A stretch of DNA of 64,000 bases from an uncultured Clostridia bacterium (GTDB taxonomy: Bacteria; Bacillota; Clostridia; Christensenellales; Borkfalkiaceae): positions 265 to 64,264 of the forward strand of contig CANREC010000002.1 in NCBI GenBank assembly GCA_947629535.1. Reading direction: 5' to 3'. The position numbers were made by a program, and so were the translations under genes. The stretch's first letter is position 1. Each line of letters starts with the position of its first letter. Shown here one piece after another: positions 7,578 to 16,100 of this stretch. The notes beneath the pieces are model-generated. The model had not been told where the DNA came from, did no database searches, and saw nothing but the letters and a program-made list of their open reading frames with translations.

Positions 7578-8955
7578 CGGCCGCATGACAAAATATCCTA
7601 TGCCCGTGCAGGCGCCTGAGGAAAGGGTCGGAAATTTCAGCGAGGTCGCCCTCGGTTACGACGAGGAGACGGCCAAGTTCGAGGCAGAACGCTGCATCCA
7701 CTGCAAGAACCGTCCCTGTGTCGGGGGATGTCCCGTTTCGGTGAGGATCCCCGACTTTATCGAAAAGATCTCCGAAGGGGCGTTCGAAGAGGCCTATCAG
7801 ATCATTTCCGAGAGTTCGGCCCTTCCCGCTGTCTGCGGAAGAGTTTGCCCGCAGGAAAAACAATGTGAGAAATTCTGCGTCCGCGGCATCAAGGGCGAAC
7901 CCGTCGGCATCGGCCGCCTCGAGCGGTTTGCGGCGGATCATCACTATAAACATGCGCCGAAGGCGGAAAGGCCCGTCTCCAACGGAAGGCGGGTCGCAGT
8001 TGTCGGCTCGGGCCCCGCAGGCCTTGCCTGTGCGGGAGACCTTGCCCGCCTCGGGTACGATGTCACGGTGTTCGAGGCGCTCCACACGGCGGGCGGCGTG
8101 CTCGTCTATGGCATTCCCGAATTCCGCCTTCCCAAGCGGATCGTGGAAAGAGAGGTCGAGCATCTCGTATCTCTCGGCGTGAAGGTGGAGACGAACAGTG
8201 TCATCGGGCGGCTGTATACGGTGGAAGAGCTCAGAACTGAACTCGGATTTGAGGCCGTCTTTCTCGGCACGGGGGCGGGCCTTCCCCGATTCATGGGGAT
8301 CAAGGGGGAGAACGCGAAGGGCGTTTTCTCGGCCAACGAATACCTCACCCGCGTCAACCTCATGAAAGCATACGAAGAGGACAGCGAAACGCCCGTCTAC
8401 CGCGGCAAAAAGGTCACGGTCGTGGGGGGCGGCAATGTCGCCATGGATGCGGCGAGGACGGCAAGGCGGCTCGGCGCAGACGTCACGGTCATCTACCGCC
8501 GCGGCGCGGAGGAACTTCCCGCAAGGCGCGAGGAAACGGAACATGCCATGGAAGAGGGGGTGAAATTCAAGTTTCTCACCAATCCCGTAGAGATCCTCAC
8601 GGACAGCCAAAACGCTGCCGCCGCGCTCAGATGCGTGGAGATGGAGCTCGGCGCCCCCGACGAGAGCGGCAGAAGGCGCCCCTGCGTGAAGGAAGGGAGC
8701 GAATTCACCGTTGAAACGGACTGCGTCATCATGGCGCTCGGGACTTCGCCGAATCCGCTCATCCAAAAGACGACGGCGGGACTTGAAACGAGACCGCACG
8801 GGGAAATTCTCGCCGATGAAAACGGAAAGACCTCTCTTGAGGGCGTCTTTGCGGGGGGAGACGCCGTGACGGGCTCTGCGACGGTCATTCTCGCCATGGG
8901 AGCAGGCAAGGCCGCGGCAAGATCCATCGACGAATATTTGAGGAGCAAAGCATGA
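7570..8955 (+). CDS. nfnB: NADPH-dependent glutamate-synthase-small-chain-like oxidoreductase (NfnB)
   Basis: ATG at 7570 with SD AAGGAGG, overlapping the nfnA stop. Two Cys clusters (CIHCKNRPCV, CGRVCPQEKQCE) and VAVVGSGPAGLACA dinucleotide folds are present. Confidence 0.85.
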   Translation: MYNGRMTKYPMPVQAPEERVGNFSEVALGYDEETAKFEAERCIHCKNRPCVGGCPVSVRIPDFIEKISEGAFEEAYQIISESSALPAVCGRVCPQEKQCEKFCVRGIKGEPVGIGRLERFAADHHYKHAPKAERPVSNGRRVAVVGSGPAGLACAGDLARLGYDVTVFEALHTAGGVLVYGIPEFRLPKRIVEREVEHLVSLGVKVETNSVIGRLYTVEELRTELGFEAVFLGTGAGLPRFMGIKGENAKGVFSANEYLTRVNLMKAYEEDSETPVYRGKKVTVVGGGNVAMDAARTARRLGADVTVIYRRGAEELPARREETEHAMEEGVKFKFLTNPVEILTDSQNAAAALRCVEMELGAPDESGRRRPCVKEGSEFTVETDCVIMALGTSPNPLIQKTTAGLETRPHGEILADENGKTSLEGVFAGGDAVTGSATVILAMGAGKAAARSIDEYLRSKA

Positions 8956-9815
8956 CAAAGGACGAATTCAACAGACAACTCGCGGACGTCTACTGCGGCA
9001 TTCTGTTTAACAGCAGGTCTTTTCAAGCGGGTGAAAGGATCGATTTTCAATATCGGTTCGACTGTGAAGAATATCAAACGCTCAAAGAACGGTATTCCCT
9101 TGAGAAGATCGCGGGGACGGGAGAGGACTTTGAGCGGGCGGAAAGGCTCTGTCGGCACTTTGCGCCAAAACTTGCCCATAAGCCCGATTACTGCGGAGAG
9201 ATGCACGACAGCCTGAAGATCCTCGACGCTTACGGAAAGCCCAACTGCGGCATCAACTGTGTTGCCAAGGCGAAGATCCTCGCGGACTGCTGTCTTGCCC
9301 TCGGGATCTATGCGCGGAGATTGTGGCTCATGCCGAATTCTCCCTATGACAGCGACTGTCATGTCGTCACCGAAGTCTATGACCGAAAAAGGGGAAAGTG
9401 GTGCCTTCTCGATCCCACGACGGGCGGGTACTTTTCGGACGGGACAAGCCCGCTCTCCGCGCTTGAGATCAGAGAGAGATTTGCGCTCCGTTTTTCCGTG
9501 AGCATCGTGCTTGAAGGGCAGTCCGCGGACGGCATCGCTGCGCTCGTGGAGCAGAATCTTGAGGAGAATCTCTATTTCATGAAAAATTTATTCCTTCTTG
9601 CGCCCGAGACAATTTCTGAATACGGCAGAGAAGGGGATTGTGCCTATCTCGAGCCTGTCGGATTCAGCAGAAGGGAACAAAAGAGGCAAAATCTCGGGTA
9701 CGCGCAGACAGTTTTGGAGGGCGAGCTGAGGGAGATGACCGCTGCCATGCTTGCAAATTTCGTGGGCTACCGTCCGAAACGCGGAACGCCCGCCATGTGG
9801 GACAGGCCGTATTGA
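8952..9815 (+). CDS. Transglutaminase-like (Cys-His-Asp core) domain protein
   Basis: 287 aa. DCHVVTEVY...GKWCLLDPT resembles the TGase-core His/Asp region. The start overlaps the nfnB stop (ATGA). Confidence 0.65.
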   Translation: MTKDEFNRQLADVYCGILFNSRSFQAGERIDFQYRFDCEEYQTLKERYSLEKIAGTGEDFERAERLCRHFAPKLAHKPDYCGEMHDSLKILDAYGKPNCGINCVAKAKILADCCLALGIYARRLWLMPNSPYDSDCHVVTEVYDRKRGKWCLLDPTTGGYFSDGTSPLSALEIRERFALRFSVSIVLEGQSADGIAALVEQNLEENLYFMKNLFLLAPETISEYGREGDCAYLEPVGFSRREQKRQNLGYAQTVLEGELREMTAAMLANFVGYRPKRGTPAMWDRPY

Positions 9816-9861
9816 GCGTCCGTTCGGCTGTGCGGCGGGCAATACTTCTAAACAAGACAAG

Positions 9862-9892
9862 AAATTCATACATTACTGTATGAATTTTTTTT
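9862..9892 (+). terminator. Rho-independent terminator
   Basis: AAATTCATACA pairs with TGTATGAATTT around a TTAC loop, followed by a T-run. Confidence 0.8.
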
Positions 9893-9909
9893 ATCGCCAT
9901 CGGGTGGCG

Positions 9910-10581
9910 ATGGGGTTTCTATCGATTTTTCTGTCTGTGGCCATGACGTTCGGCATCTGTTTCTTTGCGCTCTCGCGCACGGCTGCGCAGACAAGCCGTC
10001 TCGTCGTGGTCATCGACGCGGGACACGGGGGCATCGACGGCGGCGTCGTCGGCATCGAGACAGGGAAAAAGGAGAGCGACATCAACCTCTCCCTATCGAG
10101 GATCCTGCAGACGGCCTTTGAAGATGCGGGATTCTATGTCATCCAGACCCGTCCGACCGAGGCGGGGCTCTATGGTGCCGCAACGAGCGGCTATAAGAAA
10201 CGGGATATGCAGAAACGGGCCGAGGTCATCAATGAAAGCATGCCCGCTCTCGTCATCTCCGTGCATCAAAATTTCTTTTCCATGCGCTCGAGAAGGGGTG
10301 CGCAGGTGTTTTTCCGCGAAGATTCCGCCTCATCCCGTCTCCTTGCGGCAAATATCCAGTCAGAACTCAACAGCATGCCCGAATGCGTCAAAAAGACAAA
10401 TGCTTTAGCGGGGGATTACTATGTCCTGAATTGCAGCGATTATCCCTCCGTCATTGTCGAATGCGGGTTTCTCTCCAATGCCGCGGACGAGCAGCTGCTC
10501 GTCACAGAGGAGTATCAAGGAAAACTTGCCGCAGCAATTCTGAAGGGAGCCCTGTGCTTTCTTACAACAGAGACTTCATAA
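9910..10581 (+). CDS. cwlD: N-acetylmuramoyl-L-alanine amidase (Amidase_3, CwlD-like)
   Basis: Motifs VVIDAGHGGIDGG, VISVHQN and ECGFLSN. Start set to the ATG at 9910, because the ATG at 9880 lies inside the terminator hairpin. Confidence 0.8.
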   Translation: MGFLSIFLSVAMTFGICFFALSRTAAQTSRLVVVIDAGHGGIDGGVVGIETGKKESDINLSLSRILQTAFEDAGFYVIQTRPTEAGLYGAATSGYKKRDMQKRAEVINESMPALVISVHQNFFSMRSRRGAQVFFREDSASSRLLAANIQSELNSMPECVKKTNALAGDYYVLNCSDYPSVIVECGFLSNAADEQLLVTEEYQGKLAAAILKGALCFLTTETS

Positions 10582-10584
10582 CGT

Positions 10585-10613
10585 TTGACAAGAACATTTT
10601 TGGGTGATATAAT
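10585..10613 (+). promoter_or_regulatory. Promoter of the thioesterase gene, near-leaderless
   Basis: TTGACA, 17 nt, TGaTATAAT. The ATG at 10623 is 9 nt after the -10, with no SD. Confidence 0.6.
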
Positions 10614-10622
10614 ACCTTCGAT

Positions 10623-11360
10623 ATGGCGTATTGCAACAGAAAAACGTATGAACTGAGATATTCGGATTTCGATTTCAAGGACGAGCTGTCGCTCACGTCG
10701 CTCCTCGCCCTCATTCAGGAATCGGCCTGCAAGAGCGCCGACGAGCTCGGATTCGGTTATGATGACTTAAGACCCTTGGATTTCGGCTTTCTGACCGTGA
10801 ATACTTACTGTAAGTTCAGCCGTCCGATCTCGCTCGGGGAGAATATCACCGTCGAAACATGGCCGCTACCGCCCCGTCACTATATCTTTGAGAGGGATTA
10901 CCGTGTTCTTTCGGGCGAGGAGACCGTCGCCGCGCTGGCGTCGAGGTGGTGCCTCGTGGATCTCAAGACGTTTTCGCTGCTGTTGCCCGAAAAGATGGGG
11001 GAAGTCCATACAAATTGCCCTTACCGCAACGAAAAGACGGTGGAAGTTCCCTCGTGGAGGATCCCAAAACTGACTGAGGGAAGGGAAATTTACCGCATGC
11101 GGGTGGGTGTTTCCGATTGCGATCACTATCTGCACGCCAATAATACGCGTTATCTCGATTTTTTCATGGATTGTTTCTCGATGGAAGAGCTCAAAGAGCG
11201 CAGGATCGTTTCCTTCCAGATCTCCTATGAAAAACAGGCAAAGGAAGGAAAAGAGATCGTATTTTTGCGGCAGGACTTTGACGGAATGTCCATCTGCGAG
11301 GCAAGATCGGAAGGGGAACTTTTGACGCAGTTTCGCGTGGAATGGGAGGCGAAAGCGTGA
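10623..11360 (+). CDS. Acyl-ACP thioesterase
   Basis: 245 aa. Double hot-dog FatA/B-like pattern (YELRYSDFDFKDELSL..., DCDHYLHANNTRY). Confidence 0.8.
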   Translation: MAYCNRKTYELRYSDFDFKDELSLTSLLALIQESACKSADELGFGYDDLRPLDFGFLTVNTYCKFSRPISLGENITVETWPLPPRHYIFERDYRVLSGEETVAALASRWCLVDLKTFSLLLPEKMGEVHTNCPYRNEKTVEVPSWRIPKLTEGREIYRMRVGVSDCDHYLHANNTRYLDFFMDCFSMEELKERRIVSFQISYEKQAKEGKEIVFLRQDFDGMSICEARSEGELLTQFRVEWEAKA

Positions 11361-11824
11361 GGATCGACAAGCCCGCCGTTCTCAAATATGTCAAGTTCTG
11401 CAAAAAGCTGTTCATTCTCTTCAGCTGTGTTGCGATCCCCGTGACGATGATCTGTCTGATCTTCGCCGTCACGGGCTATGCGGCGTTTTGGTTCATCACT
11501 CCCGCGATCGCGATCGTCTATCTCACCGTCTATGCCCTCTATGCGCTGTATGTTTCGATGGGAACGGTCATCGGCATCGAGACGACGGACAAGGTCGTCC
11601 ATGTAAGGACAAAGCGCAGGACATACACCTATGACGTCAAGAGGGGATGCAAAAAGGTCAAGACGACAAAACGGAAATTTGTCTGTACGTTCGAAACGCA
11701 GGATTCGCGCGATAAATTCATCTTTTACAGAAAAGTCTTGTTTGCGCGTTCCTATGAGGACCAATTCACTTTGGAGGAGATCTCTTCCTTCTATCCTTCC
11801 ATTCAAGAAAAAGACAACGATTGA
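11357..11824 (+). CDS. Hypothetical 2-TM membrane protein
   Basis: GTG at 11357 overlaps the upstream stop (GTGA), with SD GGGAGG 7 nt upstream. Two hydrophobic helices are followed by a basic soluble tail. Confidence 0.6.
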   Translation: MRIDKPAVLKYVKFCKKLFILFSCVAIPVTMICLIFAVTGYAAFWFITPAIAIVYLTVYALYALYVSMGTVIGIETTDKVVHVRTKRRTYTYDVKRGCKKVKTTKRKFVCTFETQDSRDKFIFYRKVLFARSYEDQFTLEEISSFYPSIQEKDND

Positions 11825-11825
11825 G

Positions 11826-11846
11826 CGGCGCAGGGGCGCCGTTTTT
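11826..11846 (+). terminator. Rho-independent terminator
   Basis: CGGCGC, loop AGGG, GCGCCG, then T5. Confidence 0.7.
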
Positions 11847-11889
11847 CTTGCCTATTTTCAGATAAAATCTGTTTTTTCGCGGTTTGCGA

Positions 11890-11912
11890 AGTATTATGTC
11901 AGACATAATACA
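11890..11912. promoter_or_regulatory. Palindrome copy 1: GTATTATGTC-A-GACATAATAC (candidate operator)
   Basis: Perfect 10-1-10 dyad at 11891-11911. The 25 nt AAGTATTATGTCAGACATAATACA are identical to 37122-37146. TTGCGA lies just upstream and TAATAC sits inside the right arm. Confidence 0.6.
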
Positions 11913-11980
11913 GACATCGCAGCATGAAATCGTTCAAAATCGTGAAATAACAGAACGGTGAGAGAATCGCCTGCCGACGC

Positions 11981-12010
11981 TTGACGGAAAGGGAAAGACT
12001 GTGGTATAAT
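11981..12010 (+). promoter_or_regulatory. sigmaA-type promoter upstream of carA
   Basis: TTGACG, 18 nt, TGgTATAAT. Confidence 0.6.
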
Positions 12011-12092
12011 ATCACGGATGGTTCGCCGTAAAGGCGAAAAAAATTTTGCCCTCTCGGTCTTTTGACGTAAAAATTCACACATTGGAGACTCT

Positions 12093-13172
12093 ATGGACAA
12101 AAAAGTATTTCTGACACTGGAAAACGGCCGCGTGTTCGAGGGGAGATCCTTCGGCGCGGAACGGGAATCGATCGGCGAGCTCGTTTTCACCACGGGAATG
12201 ACGGGGTATCTCGAGACGTTGACCGATCCGAGCTATTTCGGCCAGATCGTCCTGCAGACCTTTCCGCTCATCGGCAACTACGGCGTGATCCCCGAGGATC
12301 TCGAGAGCGGCAAATGTCGGGCAAGCGGATACATCGTCCGCGAGAGATGTGAATTTCCCTCCAACTTCCGCTGTCAGATGACGATCGGGGAGTATCTGAA
12401 ACTCGAGAACATCCCCGCCGTCTACGGCGTCGACACCCGAGAGATCGCGAAGATCGTCCGCGAGGCGGGGGTCATGAACGCGGCGATCACCTTTCAGCCG
12501 CTCACGGACTTCGGGAAACTGCGTTCCTACAGGGTCAAAAACGCCGTCCTGTCCGTTACTCCCGACGAGGTCTCCGTTTCGGATGAGAAGGGGGACTGCA
12601 CCGTCGTTCTCTATGATTTCGGCTCCAAGCGCAATATCGAACGCGAACTTCTCAGAAGAGGATGCCGCGTCATCACCGTTCCCGCGACCTATCCCGCCGA
12701 GGAAGTCCTACGCAGAAAGCCCGACGGCGTCATGCTCTCCAACGGCCCCGGGGACCCCTCGGAAAATGTGGAGATCGTCAAAAATATCCGCCGTCTCATC
12801 GGGAAACTTCCCATCTTCGGCATCTGCCTCGGGCACCAGCTCTTCGCGCTTGCGATGGGGGGCGAGACGCGCAAGATGAAATACGGCCACCGCGGCGCAA
12901 ATCAGCCCGTCAAGGACCTTGCGACGGGGAAGGTCTATATCACTTCCCAAAACCATGGCTATGAGGTCGTGTCCGAAAGCCTTGCGGCAGGGCGGCTCTC
13001 CTTCATCAATTGCAATGACGGCACCTGTGAGGGCGTCGATTACCCCTCGGTGAACGCCTTTACCGTCCAGTTCCATCCCGAAGCTTGCGGCGGTCCGCTC
13101 GACGCAAACTTCCTCTTCGACAGATTCATCGGGGCCGTCCGTGCGGCAAAGGGGGAAGCGAAATGCCGCTGA
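12093..13172 (+). CDS. carA: Carbamoyl-phosphate synthase small (glutaminase) subunit
   Basis: 359 aa. Motifs FTTGMTGY, GICLGHQ and HGYE...FHPEA, with SD GGAG upstream. Confidence 0.92.
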   Translation: MDKKVFLTLENGRVFEGRSFGAERESIGELVFTTGMTGYLETLTDPSYFGQIVLQTFPLIGNYGVIPEDLESGKCRASGYIVRERCEFPSNFRCQMTIGEYLKLENIPAVYGVDTREIAKIVREAGVMNAAITFQPLTDFGKLRSYRVKNAVLSVTPDEVSVSDEKGDCTVVLYDFGSKRNIERELLRRGCRVITVPATYPAEEVLRRKPDGVMLSNGPGDPSENVEIVKNIRRLIGKLPIFGICLGHQLFALAMGGETRKMKYGHRGANQPVKDLATGKVYITSQNHGYEVVSESLAAGRLSFINCNDGTCEGVDYPSVNAFTVQFHPEACGGPLDANFLFDRFIGAVRAAKGEAKCR

Positions 13173-16100
13173 GAAAGGATATCAAAAAAGTGCTCGTCAT
13201 CGGCTCGGGACCCATCGTCATCGGTCAGGCGGCCGAATTCGACTATGCGGGAGCGCAGGCCTGCCGCGTTCTCAAAGATGCGGGCATGAACGTCGTGCTC
13301 TGCAATTCCAACCCCGCGACCATCATGACGGACAGGATGCTCGCCGACGAGATCTATCTCGAACCCTTGACCGAAGAGAGCTTGAAACGCATCATCGTCA
13401 AGGAACGGCCCGATTCGCTCCTCGCATCCCTCGGGGGCCAGACGGGGCTGACGATGGGCTGCAAGCTCGCAAAGAGCGGTTTCTTGGATGAATGGGGCGT
13501 AAAACTCATCGGAACAAAGCTCGACGCTATCGATAGGGCGGAGGATCGGGAGCTCTTCAAGGAGACTATGCAAAAGATCGGCATGCCCGTCGTTCCGTCG
13601 GACATCGCCTATACCGAGGAGGACTGCGTGAAGATCGCAGAGGGGCTCGGCTATCCCGTCATCGTCCGTCCCGCGTTTACGCTCGGCGGAGCGGGCGGGG
13701 GCGTCGCCCATGACAAGGAGGAGCTCCGTCTCATCTCCCACAACGGCCTCATGCTGTCGCCCATCCGTCAGGTCCTCGTCGAAAAATACATCGGCGGTTG
13801 GAAGGAGATCGAGTTCGAAGTTCTCCGCGATGGAAAGGGGAACGTTATCACCGTCTGCTCCATGGAGAATGTCGATCCCGTCGGCATCCATACGGGGGAT
13901 TCCGTCGTCATCGCGCCCGCCGTGACGCTATCCGACAAGGAATATCAGATGCTCCGCACGGCGTCCCTCGACATCATCACCGAGCTCGGCATCGAAGGCG
14001 GATGCAACTGCCAGTTCGCCCTGCGTCCCGACAGTTTTGAATTTGCCGTCATCGAGGTCAATCCCCGCGTCTCGCGTTCTTCGGCTCTCGCGAGCAAGGC
14101 GACGGGATATCCGATCGCAAAGGTCGCGACGAAGATCGCCCTCGGCTATACGCTCGACGAGATCAAAAACGACGTCACGGGCAAGACATACGCCTGTTTC
14201 GAGCCCGCGCTCGACTACGTTGTCGTCAAACTGCCCAAATGGCCCTTTGATAAATTTTTGTACGCGGGACGCAACCTCGGCTCCCGCATGAAGGCGACGG
14301 GGGAAGTCATGGCGATCGGCTCTTCCTTCGAGCAGGCGATCATGAAGGCCGTCCGCGGCGCCGAAATATCCATCGATACTTTGGATCACCCGAAGTTCGA
14401 GAAGATGTCCGCGGATCAGCTCCGCGCCGAGATCGCCAAGATGACGGACGAGCGCATCTATGCCGTGTATGCGGCGCTCAAGAAGGGCGTCTCCGTCGAT
14501 GAGATCTATGCCGTCACAAAGATAGACGAGTGGTTCCTCAGCAAGTTCCTGAATCTCATCGGATATGAAAAACGCATCGCGGGGAGAAAGATCACCCGTG
14601 CGGAATATCTCGAGGGCAAGCGTCTCGGGTTCCCTGACAGGGCCATCGAAAGGATCTCAGGGCAAAAATGTCCCGCCCACAGAAAGGCTGCCTTCAAGAT
14701 GGTCGATACCTGTGCGGCGGAGTTCGGCGCCGAGACGCCTTACTTCTATTCGACCTATGACGATCCTGCGCACGACGAGGCCAAGCACTTTGTCGCGGCC
14801 TCCGGGAAGAAACGCGTCATCGTCATCGGCTCGGGACCCATCCGCATCGGGCAGGGCATTGAATTCGACTATTCTTCCGTCCACTGCGTCTGGACGCTGA
14901 AACAGCTCGGCTACGAAGTCATCATCATCAACAACAACCCCGAGACGGTCTCCACCGACTTCGATACGGCGGACAGGCTCTACTTCGAATCCCTGACGCC
15001 CGAGGACGTGCAGAACGTCATCGATGTGGAAAAGCCGTACGGCGTCGTCATCACCTTCGGCGGGCAGACGGCCATCAAGCTTTGCGGATATCTCGCCCAA
15101 GCGGGCGTCCGCATCCTCGGCACGAGCGCAGACAGCGTGGATATGGCCGAGGATCGGGAGCGGTTCGACGAACTGTTGGAACGGTTCCGCATTTCACGGC
15201 CGAAGGGGCTCACCGTCATGACGAAAGAGGAGGCGGTCAAGGCCGCGGAAACGCTTGGGTATCCCGTCCTTCTTCGCCCGAGCTATGTCATCGGCGGGCA
15301 AAACATGACGATCGCCTTCACAGAGAACGACATTTCCCGCTACATGGACGTCATTCTTGCCCAACATATCGAGAATCCCGTTCTCTGCGACAAGTATCTG
15401 ATGGGCAGCGAACTCGAGGTGGACGCCATTTCAGACGGCGTCGATGTGCTCATCCCCGGCATCATGCAGCATGTGGAGCGTGCGGGCGTGCATTCGGGCG
15501 ATTCCATCGCCGTGTATCCGCCCTATCATCTGTCGGACGCGATGAAAACGCGCATCGTCGAAGTTTCCACGCAGCTTGCTTTAGAGTTAAAGACGAAGGG
15601 CCTCATCAATATTCAGTATCTCATCTACCAAAACAGGCTCTATGTCATCGAGGTCAATCCCCGCGCCAGCAGGACCATTCCATACATCTCCAAGGTCACG
15701 GGTGTGCCCATGGTGGAACTTGCGACAAAGATCATGGCGGGAGCAAAACTCAGAAAGCTCGGGTTCGGCACGGGCCTCTATCCCGATTCGCCCTATGTCG
15801 CCGTCAAGGTCCCCGTGTTCTCCTTTGAAAAACTCAATGACGTCAACTCACAGCTCGGCCCCGAGATGAAGTCCACGGGCGAGGTCCTCGGCATCGGAAA
15901 GACCATCGAGGAAGCGCTCTTCAAGGGGCTCCTCTCGGCGGGTTTCAAGATGTGCCACCCCACAAAGGAGCGGCCTGTCGGCGTATATTTCACCGTCAAC
16001 GACCAAGACAAGCCAGAACTTGTTTCCATTGCAAAGAAGTTTGCCGATCTCGGCTGCCGCCTCTATGCCACCGCGGGGACGGCGAAGGTCATTTCCGACC

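Noticed and set aside
9751-9909. Longer N-terminus for the CwlD-like amidase (tracker start 9751, or the ATG at 9880)
   Set aside because: The stretch 9751-9815 overlaps the end of the upstream gene. The ATG at 9880 lies inside the strong terminator hairpin at 9862-9892. The hydrophobic signal anchor begins right after the ATG at 9910.
11890-11912. dif/XerCD site or parS interpretation of the TATGTCAGACATA palindrome
   Set aside because: dif has a 6-8 nt central region and is single copy. This dyad has a 1-nt centre and occurs at least four times in 64 kb. It has no resemblance to parS (TGTTNCACGTGAAACA).
12011-12092. PyrR-type or other attenuator in the carA leader (hairpin TTCGCC-GTAAA-GGCGAA at about 12031-12047)
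   Set aside because: The hairpin is followed by an A-run before the T's, so it is a poor intrinsic terminator. No PyrR binding loop (ARUCCAGAGAGGYU) lies on the sense strand, and no antiterminator alternative was evident.
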